From a virus: 64,000 bases of DNA. Location: the IMG/VR virus record IMGVR_UViG_3300023179_000019; one strand, written 5' to 3'. Of the stretch, positions 9,195-17,085 are shown in pieces. The translations under genes and the position numbers were made by a program. The notes under the pieces were generated by a model that did no database searches, had not been told where the DNA came from, and saw only the letters and a program-made list of their open reading frames with translations. Every line of letters begins with the position of its first letter. Within the stretch, counting starts at the first letter, position 1.

Positions 9195-9282
9195 GGAGAG
9201 TTGGTAGAGTGGTTAATACAACGGATTGCTAATCCGTCATCCAGAAATGGGTGCATAGGTTCGATTCCTATACTCTCCGCCA
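9195..9282 (+). tRNA. tRNA-Ser(GCT)
   Basis: Cloverleaf, long variable arm, CCA. Confidence 0.95.
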
Positions 9283-9288
9283 AATTTC

Positions 9289-9363
9289 CTCGCTTTCGTA
9301 TAATGGATAATACAGTAGGCTTCTACCCTACGAATATGGGTTCGATTCCTGTAGGCGAGGCCA
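9289..9363 (+). tRNA. tRNA-Arg(TCT)
   Basis: gtagg-cttctac-cctac anticodon arm, CCA. Confidence 0.92.
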
Positions 9364-9371
9364 GAGTTTAT

Positions 9372-9448
9372 GTGGGTGTGCAGCTGAATGGTTAGGCACC
9401 GGATTGCAAATCCGTATTATGCAGGTTCGAGTCCTGTCACCCACTCCA
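9372..9448 (+). tRNA. tRNA-Cys(GCA)
   Basis: Cloverleaf, U73, CCA. Confidence 0.93.
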
Positions 9449-9452
9449 AGTT

Positions 9453-9513
9453 TGTTGTTTAAATACAACACCCAGTAAAAAGTGCTTGACAATTTTACTG
9501 GTTCGTGTAGAAT
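9453..9513 (+). promoter_or_regulatory. sigma70 promoter (TTGACA 9486, TAGAAT 9508) with upstream TGTTG-N8-CAACA palindrome (9453-9470)
   Basis: Direct motif match; same architecture at 54983, 56004 and 62927. Confidence 0.75.
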
Positions 9514-9523
9514 ACGTACTATC

Positions 9524-9553
9524 GATTGAGAAATCAATCATTGTTCTTTAAAA
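9524..9553 (+). promoter_or_regulatory. rrn-like boxB (GATTGA-GAAA-TCAATC) plus boxA (TGTTCTTTAAAA) antitermination leader
   Basis: GNRA hairpin followed by a 10/12 match to boxA TGCTCTTTAACA. Confidence 0.6.
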
Positions 9554-9569
9554 GTTTGATGCAGTATGT

Positions 9570-9645
9570 GCTCGGTTCATCTAGTGGCCTAGGATAGTGC
9601 CCTTTCACGGCATTCACACCGGTTCGAATCCGGTACCGAGTACCA
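9570..9645 (+). tRNA. tRNA-Glu(TTC)
   Basis: Cloverleaf, CCA. Confidence 0.94.
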
Positions 9646-9838
9646 TATTAAAGTTTATTGCGTTGACAAGTCCATTAGGGGATTGTTCAAGATAACGGGA
9701 CGGCGGTCACCGGTCTATGAACACTCATGATAGCCGTTACGAAGGTGATGGGTTGCTTGTTTGTAATGACCGCATACAGCGCAGGATCGCAGCCTGTGAA
9801 AAAGAAGTATGCAAGGTTCGCAATAAATTTTAATATGG
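9643..9838 (+). ncRNA. Unknown structured RNA closed by a 20-bp stem
   Basis: CCATATTAAAGTTTATTGCG / CGCAATAAATTTTAATATGG; internal GCGGTCA/TGACCGC and GCATAC/GTATGC helices. Confidence 0.6.
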
Positions 9839-9859
9839 TATAATAATGCTTCATAAATT

Positions 9860-9936
9860 GCCTCGGTGACGGAATTGGTATACGTGTTGGTCTTAGAAGC
9901 CAAATTTTGAGAGTTCGAGTCTCTCCTGAGGCACCA
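9860..9936 (+). tRNA. tRNA-Leu(TAG), short variable loop
   Basis: Cloverleaf, CCA, 5-nt variable region. Confidence 0.88.
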
Positions 9937-9945
9937 AATTTAGAT

Positions 9946-10028
9946 GCGACTGTGGTGAAATAGGTAAACACAGCAGACTTAAAATCTGCCGCTTCGGCTT
10001 GCCGGTTCGATTCTGGCCAGTCGCACCA
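9946..10028 (+). tRNA. tRNA-Leu(TAA)
   Basis: Cloverleaf, variable arm, CCA. Confidence 0.94.
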
Positions 10029-10044
10029 AATTGGAAAAGTTTTT

Positions 10045-10125
10045 GGTTGTTCTAAAGGCCAGACCGCGCTGAAATATGCTCAAGGGCGAGGCGGAGAACA
10101 TTAAATGGGGACGACCGCCTCAGCC
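10045..10125 (+). ncRNA. Candidate pseudoknotted RNA
   Basis: TGTTCT/AGAACA interleaved with GAGGCGG/CCGCCTC; GC-rich spacer. Confidence 0.35.
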
Positions 10126-10130
10126 ACCCT

Positions 10131-10285
10131 ATTTTATAGTTAAGTGTTATCAGGGTAACGTGTATGGACGCATACACTATACGGGCCTAACTGTGCGAGG
10201 AACAGGTCCTGAGATAACCGTTATTCGCTTGTCAGATTTAGCTAATTTGTTGACAAATAGACACGATAACACTTAACTATAAAAT
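10131..10285 (+). ncRNA. Unknown structured RNA closed by a perfect 21-bp stem
   Basis: ATTTTATAGTTAAGTGTTATC / GATAACACTTAACTATAAAAT; internal GTGTATG-GACG-CATACAC hairpin. Confidence 0.6.
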
Positions 10286-10287
10286 TT

Positions 10288-10362
10288 GGTCCCATAGTAT
10301 ATCGGTTAGTATAGCGGCTTGTCACGCCGTTGAGGCGAGTTCGACTCTCGCTGGGACCGCCA
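10288..10362 (+). tRNA. tRNA-Asp(GTC)
   Basis: Cloverleaf, CCA. Confidence 0.94.
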
Positions 10363-10369
10363 AGTTTAT

Positions 10370-10445
10370 TCCTCGATAGCTCAGTTGGTAGAGCACCGGA
10401 CTGTTAATCCGTAGGTCCCTGGTTCGAGCCCAGGTCGGGGAGCCA
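10370..10445 (+). tRNA. tRNA-Asn(GTT)
   Basis: Cloverleaf, CCA. Confidence 0.95.
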
Positions 10446-10449
10446 AATT

Positions 10450-10533
10450 GGAGATGTGGCAGAGTGGTCGATTGCAGCAGACTGTAAATCTGTTCTTAAC
10501 AGCACGGTGGTTCGAATCCATCCGTCTCCACCA
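10450..10533 (+). tRNA. tRNA-Tyr(GTA)
   Basis: Cloverleaf, variable arm, CCA. Confidence 0.94.
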
Positions 10534-10543
10534 TTTATTATTT

Positions 10544-10617
10544 GCCTCCTTAGTTTAATGGTAGAACTCCGTCTTTACACGGCGGTTACGGCAGTTCGAT
10601 TCTGTCAGGAGGTACCA
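10544..10617 (+). tRNA. tRNA-Val(TAC)
   Basis: Cloverleaf, CCA. Confidence 0.93.
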
Positions 10618-10623
10618 AGTTTC

Positions 10624-10698
10624 GCCCGATTAGCTCAGTGGTAGAGCAACCGCCTTGTAAGCGGTAGGTCGTCTGTTCAATCCAGACATTGGGCACCA
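10624..10698 (+). tRNA. tRNA-Thr(TGT)
   Basis: Cloverleaf, CCA. Confidence 0.94.
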
Positions 10699-10704
10699 TT
10701 TCAT

Positions 10705-10781
<77 letters not shown>

Positions 10782-10786
10782 ACTAT

Positions 10787-10862
10787 GGGGGATTAGCTCA
10801 GCTGGGAGAGCAGTAGCTTTGCAAGCTAAAGGTCAACGGTTCGATCCCGTTATCCTCCACCA
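10787..10862 (+). tRNA. tRNA-Ala(TGC)
   Basis: Cloverleaf, G3:U70, CCA. Confidence 0.95.
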
Positions 10863-10865
10863 ATC

Positions 10866-10942
10866 GCCTCAATAGCTCATTCGGTTAGAGCACCGTCTTG
10901 ATAAGGCGGGGGTGCCTAGTTCGAATCTAGGTTGAGGCACCA
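10866..10942 (+). tRNA. tRNA-Ile(GAT)
   Basis: Cloverleaf, CCA. Confidence 0.94.
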
Positions 10943-10946
10943 ATAT

Positions 10947-11020
10947 ATCTCGATAGTGTAACGGCAGCATACCGGTCTCCAAAACCGTTGGTCGGGGTTC
11001 AAATCCCTGTCGGGATGCCA
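10947..11020 (+). tRNA. tRNA-Trp(CCA)
   Basis: Cloverleaf, G73, CCA. Confidence 0.92.
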
Positions 11021-11023
11021 AAT

Positions 11024-11097
11024 GCGGGGTTAGTTTAATGGTAAAACTGTAGATTTCCAATCTTCCGTTGAGAGTTCGATTCTCTCACTCCGCTCCA
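11024..11097 (+). tRNA. tRNA-Gly(TCC)
   Basis: Cloverleaf, U73, CCA. Confidence 0.92.
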
Positions 11098-11117
11098 ATT
11101 ATAAGAAGGACATTATC

Positions 11118-11588
11118 ATGCGTAAATTAAATCTAGACAACGTTATTTCTTTCATTGAACAGCAATCACCTGAAACCAAAGTTTATATTGGATGTGATTC
11201 TGAGAGAGTAATGGTTGATGGAACACCTTACGCAGATTATGTTCTTGCTATCGTAGTACATATTAATGGAAATAATGGATGCAAAATTTTTGGTGAAGTT
11301 ATTCGTGAAAGAGATTTTGACCAGAAACGAAGTAAACCTAGATACAGATTAATGAATGAAGTTTACAAAGTTTCAGAGTTGTATTTGAAACTTGCAAATG
11401 TTCTAGTTGATCGTGATATTGAAGTGCATTTGGACATTAATCCAAATGAAATGCACGAATCATCTTGTGTCATTAATGAAGCTGTTGGATATATAAAAGG
11501 AACATGCAATATTATTCCTTTGGTTAAACCCGAAGCCTTTGCTGCTACGTATGCAGCAGACAGATTTAAGACACTAAAAGCAGCATAA
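11118..11588 (+). CDS. RNase H-like YkuK/DUF458 family protein
   Basis: VYIGCDS, RLMNEV, EVHLDIN, KPEAFAATYAAD. Confidence 0.8.
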   Translation: MRKLNLDNVISFIEQQSPETKVYIGCDSERVMVDGTPYADYVLAIVVHINGNNGCKIFGEVIRERDFDQKRSKPRYRLMNEVYKVSELYLKLANVLVDRDIEVHLDINPNEMHESSCVINEAVGYIKGTCNIIPLVKPEAFAATYAADRFKTLKAA

Positions 11589-11593
11589 CAAAT

Positions 11594-11669
11594 GCGGGAA
11601 TAGCTCAGTTGGTAGAGCACTTCCTTGCCAAGGAAGATGTCGAGAGTTCGAACCTCTTTTCCCGCTCCA
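11594..11669 (+). tRNA. tRNA-Gly(GCC)
   Basis: Cloverleaf, CCA. Confidence 0.95.
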
Positions 11670-11687
11670 AATTAAAAAATCCAAATT

Positions 11688-11765
<78 letters not shown>

Positions 11766-11782
11766 AATTTACCAAAAATAAC

Positions 11783-11811
11783 TTGACAAAGCGATATAAG
11801 TATAGTAGAAT
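11783..11811 (+). promoter_or_regulatory. sigma70 promoter TTGACA-17-TAGAAT
   Basis: Consensus match just before the tRNA-like RNA and groES. Confidence 0.75.
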
Positions 11812-11820
11812 GATATAAAT

Positions 11821-11887
11821 GCGGTGTGTAATAGTACGGCGTAGGATTCCCTCTTACGTTACCTGAGCAAAGCAGAACACCGCTCCA
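11821..11887 (+). ncRNA. Non-canonical tRNA-Gly-like RNA (67 nt)
   Basis: GCGGTGT/ACACCGC-T-CCA acceptor, 7-bp arm with ATTCCCT loop, degenerate D and T arms. Confidence 0.6.
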
Positions 11888-11908
11888 TTTCTATTAAAGG
11901 CCTTCATC

Positions 11909-12154
11909 ATGAATTTAAAACCAACTGCATCAAACGTATATATTACCAGAATCGCTTCAGAAAAGCAAACATCTTCTGGTATTATTTTAAAAAGTTCCGA
12001 AGAGCCAGATAAAGCAAGAGTCGAATCTATCGGCAAAGATGTAACCGACCTTTCTATCGGCGATATCATTCTTGTTAATTGGAACAAAGCAATCAAAATT
12101 GAAAAAGACTCATACATCATCCCATCAGAAGATGTGGTTTTGGTGTTCGAATAA
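11909..12154 (+). CDS. groES: Co-chaperonin GroES-like
   Basis: LKPT, EKQTSSGIIL, VESIGKDV..LSIGD. Confidence 0.85.
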   Translation: MNLKPTASNVYITRIASEKQTSSGIILKSSEEPDKARVESIGKDVTDLSIGDIILVNWNKAIKIEKDSYIIPSEDVVLVFE

Positions 12155-12159
12155 AATAT

Positions 12160-12234
12160 AGCGGGGTAGCGCAGTAGTAGAGCACCGGGCTCATAATCCG
12201 GAGGTCGGTGGTGCGATTCCACCTCCCGCAACCA
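12160..12234 (+). tRNA. tRNA-Met(CAT), initiator-like
   Basis: 1:72 mismatch, GGG in the anticodon stem, CCA; atypical T-loop TGCGATT. Confidence 0.85.
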
Positions 12235-12254
12235 AATAAAGAAAGAGATATAAA

Positions 12255-12566
12255 ATGGAAATCTTGGCACTCAAATTAATTACTGGCGAAGATGTTTTGG
12301 GTGAAGTTGAATCTCAATCCGAAACTGAATTTGTAATTTGTAATCCTGTTGGAATCTCTATCGTTCGAGGTAAAGATGGCCAACCTAACGTAGGGTTCTC
12401 ACCTTTTCCACTACACGCTGAACAAAAAACAGGCACAACTATTGCCTTGGCGAAGAAAAATGTAGTATACTCATACACTCCTGCGGAAGATTTTATTTCA
12501 AATTACAATCAAATTTTTGGTTCAGGTATTATTCTTCCGCAAACTAAATCATTGATTACGGGATAA
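12255..12566 (+). CDS. T4-like hypothetical protein (Sm-like fold suspected)
   Basis: LKLITGEDVLGEV ... YNQIFGSGIILP; directly upstream of gp43. Confidence 0.75.
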   Translation: MEILALKLITGEDVLGEVESQSETEFVICNPVGISIVRGKDGQPNVGFSPFPLHAEQKTGTTIALAKKNVVYSYTPAEDFISNYNQIFGSGIILPQTKSLITG

Positions 12567-12569
12567 CAG

Positions 12570-13865
12570 TTGAGTTCTAATTTTTATACTAATGTACAAT
12601 GCTTCGGTAATCATATACTTTATCGTGGCATTAAAGATGGAAAAAGAGTCAAAGAGAAGGTAGATTATTCACCTTCTCTTTATATTCCATCCAGACGTAT
12701 AACAAACTTCACCTCACTTGAAGGTGATTATCTGGAACAAAAAACTTTTGAAACAATACGTGAGTCCCGTGATTACATTAAACAATTTGAAAGTGTTCAA
12801 AATGCTCCAAAGATTTATGGTCAAACTCGATTCGAATATGCGTTCATTGCGGATCAACATCGAGGTATGGTTGATTATGAACAAGATAAAATATCGATTG
12901 CGGTAGTCGATATTGAAGTTGGTTCTGAAAATGGATTTCCTGATCCATACGAAGCGAATGAACCAATCACAGCTATTTGTATTAAGTACATCAATGGCGA
13001 CACATATGTTTTTGGTTGCGGAATATATGAAACAAAAGGCAAAGAAATTTATGTAAAGTGTAGGGACGAATACTCACTTTGCAAACAGTTCATGGCTTTG
13101 TGGACTAAAAAGTGTCCTGATATTCTCACTGGTTGGAATACAAAGTTCTTTGATGAACCTTACATTATCAATCGTTTCCGTAAAATTCTTGGTGAAGATG
13201 AAACCAAAAAATTGTCTCCATGGAATTACATCGGAGAAAGAAACACCTTTGTAAACAATCGTTCAATGATTGCTTATAATTTGATGGGTGTCGAATCACT
13301 CGACTACATCGAACTATACAAATGGTATGCGCCAGGTGGCAAATCGCAAGAATCATATCGTCTAGATGCTATTGCTCAAGTTGAATTGGGTGAAGGTAAA
13401 ATTTCTTATGATGAATACGATAATCTACATTCACTCTATCGTTTGAACTTTCAAAAGTTTATTGAGTATAACATCAAAGACGTTGAACTGATTATCAAGC
13501 TAGAAGAAAAACTTAAACTCATCGAATTGGCAGTTACACTTGCGTATGATACCAAGACAAACTATCAAGATGTGTTCGCACAAACCCGTATGTGGGATTC
13601 AATGACATATGCCTATCTATTTGAGAAAGGCATTATTGTTCCTCCACGTATCGTCAAAGAAAAAGATTCCGCATTTGAAGGTGCATATGTTAAGATACCT
13701 CAGGTAGGATTGCATGATTGGGTGGCATCGTTTGACTTAAACAGTCTATATCCTCATTTGATGATGCAATATTCAATTTCACCAGAAAACCTTGTGGAAA
13801 GAAGTTACATTAAAGATAGAAAGCAAAAACTAATTGAGGAGTTAAAGTTGAGAAATACTAAATAA
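12570..13865 (+). CDS. gp43: Family B DNA polymerase, N-terminal fragment (exonuclease plus motif A)
   Basis: DIEV, GWNTKFFD, YNIKDV, SFDLNSLYP; ends at TAA shortly after motif A. Confidence 0.95.
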   Translation: MSSNFYTNVQCFGNHILYRGIKDGKRVKEKVDYSPSLYIPSRRITNFTSLEGDYLEQKTFETIRESRDYIKQFESVQNAPKIYGQTRFEYAFIADQHRGMVDYEQDKISIAVVDIEVGSENGFPDPYEANEPITAICIKYINGDTYVFGCGIYETKGKEIYVKCRDEYSLCKQFMALWTKKCPDILTGWNTKFFDEPYIINRFRKILGEDETKKLSPWNYIGERNTFVNNRSMIAYNLMGVESLDYIELYKWYAPGGKSQESYRLDAIAQVELGEGKISYDEYDNLHSLYRLNFQKFIEYNIKDVELIIKLEEKLKLIELAVTLAYDTKTNYQDVFAQTRMWDSMTYAYLFEKGIIVPPRIVKEKDSAFEGAYVKIPQVGLHDWVASFDLNSLYPHLMMQYSISPENLVERSYIKDRKQKLIEELKLRNTK

Positions 13866-13890
13866 GTAGATGTGGTTACTTATTAGGAGA
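13858..13890 (+). promoter_or_regulatory. Late-promoter-like CTAAATA plus RBS-occluding hairpin for the HNH gene
   Basis: CTA(A)ATAAGTA/TACTTATTAG stem reaches into the AGGAG SD. Confidence 0.6.
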
Positions 13891-13894
13891 ATCA

Positions 13895-14428
13895 ATGAAA
13901 TACAATATTACCAAAGATAAACTCTATGAATTGTTTATTACCAATAATATGAGAAGGAGTGAGGTTGCTGAATACTTTGGTTGTTCAGATGCCAATATTA
14001 AAAAATACCTACAAAAATTTGACATTAAGAAGCCTTTTGATTTAGAATGTAAGAATAAAGAACGAAAGGCTTTGTTAAATTGTTTGCATTGTGGTAATGA
14101 ATATGAAACACAAAAGTTCCGTACCGAAAGTGAGAAATATGATTCAAAATATTGTAGTTATTCGTGTGCTCAAAAAAGTAGGTATTTGGGTGAAGAACAC
14201 AAACGTAGAATCAGAAATGAAATTGCAGCAAGGCGTAGAGCAAGAATACGTAATCAAACTCCAAAATTAAGTAAAGAAGAAAAGAAAAAGTTACAGGAAT
14301 ATTATTTGATTTGTCCCAAAGGACATGAAGTGGACCACATACAATCAATTGCCAAAGGTGGTTTACATCATCCTGATAATTTACAGATATTGACTAAAAC
14401 TGAAAACAGAAAGAAGTGGATGAAATGA
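13895..14428 (+). mobile_element. Free-standing HNH homing endonuclease inside gp43
   Basis: N-terminal HTH, CLHC/YCSYSC zinc motifs, HEVDHIQSIAKGGLHHPDNLQIL...N. Confidence 0.88.
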
Positions 14429-14622
14429 TGAAAACTCCAACCATATTTTCTGCCGACCAGATTAAATCTTGGGATGTTCAATCCGCAGGAAAAAATGGTT
14501 TGTGGACTCAAGCAAGGCCAATGTCTTATCCGGGTTTTAATCTTTGGAAAAGATTATCTGCAGCATGGATGGTATTCACCGGCAAAGCTGATGTGTTAAT
14601 TTGGTTTTCGGAGAATGATTGA
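14425..14622 (+). CDS. Small hypothetical passenger gene between HNH and the gp43 C-fragment
   Basis: Translationally coupled overlaps at both ends. Confidence 0.6.
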   Translation: MMKTPTIFSADQIKSWDVQSAGKNGLWTQARPMSYPGFNLWKRLSAAWMVFTGKADVLIWFSEND

Positions 14623-15977
14623 TGTTTAGTAATGTAAAAGAATTAACGACTGAAGAACTACAAAAAGAACTTCAGGCCATAGAATTGTTCGAACAAGAAA
14701 TCGGTAAAGTCAATGTGAATAATTTATTGGCCAAATCAGTTGATACTTCTTTTCTAGTTCCAATGAAATGCACCATCACACCTAATGGCCAGCTATTTAG
14801 AACCGACCATCAAGGCTTCTTGCCTAAGATGATGGAAGAAATGTACGAAGATCGGAAAAAGTTTAAAAAGTTGATGCTTCAGGCTAAACAGGAATATGAA
14901 AATGAATCTGACGGATCCAAAAAATATGAAATTGAAAAACGAATTGCCAAGTATAACAATATACAACTTGCAAAGAAGGTTTCTCTCAATTCTGCTTATG
15001 GCGCTCTTGGTAGCCAGTATTTCCGCTTTTATGATTTGCGAATGGCTCTTGGGGTCACTACTGCTGGTCAGTTGTCTATTCGGTGGATTGAAAACAAAAT
15101 AAATGAATACATGAACAAATTGCTCAGTACAGATAAAGATTATGTAATCGCTTCTGATACTGATTCGATTTATCTACGCATGGGTGAATTGGTGAATAAG
15201 TTCATCAAAGATACTTCTGACAAACAGAAGGTGATTTCTCTCATGGATAAAATCTGTGAAGAAAAATTACAACCATATATCGACAAATCATATAAAGAGT
15301 TGGCGGATTACGTACACGCTTATCAGCAAAAGATGGAGATGAAACGTGAAGGTTTATCTGACAAAGGTATCTGGACAGCCAAGAAGCGTTATATCCTAAA
15401 CGTGTATAATAACGAAGGCGTTCAGTATAAAGAACCACAGATGAAAGTTATGGGTTTGGAGATGATCAAATCTTCAACTCCTTCTTCTATTCGTGAGAAG
15501 ATGAAAGAAGCAATCGAACTCATGGTAAATGGCACACAAGAAGATATACACACATTTATTGCCAGTTTCAGAAAAGATTTCAAAAAGTTACCAGCTGAAG
15601 AAATTTCTTTCCCTAGAGGTCTGAACGGACTAAACACTTACTCGGATGCTGTCACACTATATAAAAAGGGAACACCGATTCACGTTAAAGGTGCTATACT
15701 ATATAATCATTACCTTAAACAAAAAGATTTAACTAAAAAATATCCGCTTATTCAAGAAGGTGAAAAACTAAAATTTACTTATCTAAAAATGCCTAACCCA
15801 TTTAAAGATACTGTCATATCATACCCTTCACGTTTACCTAAAGAGTTCGAATTACAGGAATACATTGATTATGATATGCAATTTGATAAGGCCTTTTTAG
15901 AACCGATTAAAGTGATTCTAGATTGTATGGGTTGGTCGACCGAAAAAACAAGTTCCATCGAGGATTTTTTTGTATGA
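14622..15977 (+). CDS. gp43: Family B DNA polymerase, C-terminal fragment (motifs B and C, thumb, clamp-binding tail)
   Basis: KKVSLNSAYG, SDTDS, KKRY, C-terminal SSIEDFF. Confidence 0.95.
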   Translation: MFSNVKELTTEELQKELQAIELFEQEIGKVNVNNLLAKSVDTSFLVPMKCTITPNGQLFRTDHQGFLPKMMEEMYEDRKKFKKLMLQAKQEYENESDGSKKYEIEKRIAKYNNIQLAKKVSLNSAYGALGSQYFRFYDLRMALGVTTAGQLSIRWIENKINEYMNKLLSTDKDYVIASDTDSIYLRMGELVNKFIKDTSDKQKVISLMDKICEEKLQPYIDKSYKELADYVHAYQQKMEMKREGLSDKGIWTAKKRYILNVYNNEGVQYKEPQMKVMGLEMIKSSTPSSIREKMKEAIELMVNGTQEDIHTFIASFRKDFKKLPAEEISFPRGLNGLNTYSDAVTLYKKGTPIHVKGAILYNHYLKQKDLTKKYPLIQEGEKLKFTYLKMPNPFKDTVISYPSRLPKEFELQEYIDYDMQFDKAFLEPIKVILDCMGWSTEKTSSIEDFFV

Positions 15978-17080
15978 TATACATAACACTACTTTCAGCA
16001 ATACTGTTATCCGGCATCGCAGCATATTATTCCGTTATCGGCCTCGCTGCTATTTTTACCGGCGCCTTTTGGCCTATTGTTTTTATGGGTTCCGTACTTG
16101 AACTCAGTAAACTAGTTACAACTTCTTGGTTGTATAGGAATTGGAAAACTTGTCCAATTCTACTTAAAACATATTTGACTGCTGCTGTAGTTATATTGAT
16201 GTTGATTACCAGTATGGGTATTTTTGGTTTCTTGTCTAAATCACATATCGATTCCACATTGGATGCTGGTGCCAATTCAGTTGAAATTAAAACACTGACA
16301 CAACAAGAAAAAATCACTAAAGAAAGATTGGAATATTTGCTTGCTCGTGCTAAAGATCCATCAACCGCAAGTAATAGATTAGATAAACAAATCCAAGAAA
16401 CTCAAAAAGAATTAAAAGACATTGCAAATAGAAAATTACCACTTTTACGTGAAGAAAATAAATTAATTGCGGAAGTTGGGCCAATCAAATATGTTGGTGA
16501 ACTGGTGTATGGCAGCAATGATGATAATGCCATCGATAAAGCAGTTCGTCTGGTAATCATGTTGATCATGGTTGTATTTGACCCTCTAGCTGTGTTATTA
16601 TTAATAGCAGCAAATATGTCCATGAAAAAACCAGAAGTTGAAAAAGAGTTAGAAGAAGAAACACCAGATCCATATGTTGCTGATGTGGGAGAAAAACCAA
16701 CCGAAGAAGAAAAACAAATTGAAGAAGATACACCTAGTGAAGTAGTTTTGACTGAAGAAAAAATAATTGAAATGGCAAATGAGATAAACGATAAAATACA
16801 AGAACTCAATAATAATATTGCCAAGATGAATGAAAATAAAGATGAATCGACTATCAATGTTGATAAAGAAAACGTAACAACAATAGAAGAAAATAAACCA
16901 GAACCATTTGCACATGATCCTGTAACAGATGAAGAAATTGTTTTAGAACCGGTTCGTAGAGAAGAACATCATGCTCCTGGCGTATATACCGAACACCATG
17001 AGGTTGTTGAGGTAAAAAAAAAGTTGGAACCAAAATATGATTATACTGCTGAGTACGCTTTTAAAGAAAAAGAAAAATAA
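15974..17080 (+). CDS. Membrane protein with coiled coil and acidic tail
   Basis: Three N-terminal TM segments, EVGPIKY, VFDPLAVLLLIAAN. Confidence 0.8.
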   Translation: MIYITLLSAILLSGIAAYYSVIGLAAIFTGAFWPIVFMGSVLELSKLVTTSWLYRNWKTCPILLKTYLTAAVVILMLITSMGIFGFLSKSHIDSTLDAGANSVEIKTLTQQEKITKERLEYLLARAKDPSTASNRLDKQIQETQKELKDIANRKLPLLREENKLIAEVGPIKYVGELVYGSNDDNAIDKAVRLVIMLIMVVFDPLAVLLLIAANMSMKKPEVEKELEEETPDPYVADVGEKPTEEEKQIEEDTPSEVVLTEEKIIEMANEINDKIQELNNNIAKMNENKDESTINVDKENVTTIEENKPEPFAHDPVTDEEIVLEPVRREEHHAPGVYTEHHEVVEVKKKLEPKYDYTAEYAFKEKEK

Positions 17081-17085
17081 TTATA

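Noticed and set aside
10029-10130. tRNA-associated HDV-like (theta) ribozyme
   Set aside because: No P3/L3/P1.1 between the two pseudoknot helices; kept only as a generic pseudoknot
13866-14621. Group I intron or split intein in gp43
   Set aside because: The interval is filled by two ORFs, leaving no room for an intron core, and there are no intein N-terminal Cys/Ser block or His-Asn junction motifs. RT-PCR would settle it.
16027-16915. Minus-strand ORFs (up to 151 aa), and similar ones across the window
   Set aside because: Antisense shadows of codon-biased plus-strand genes with no recognisable motifs
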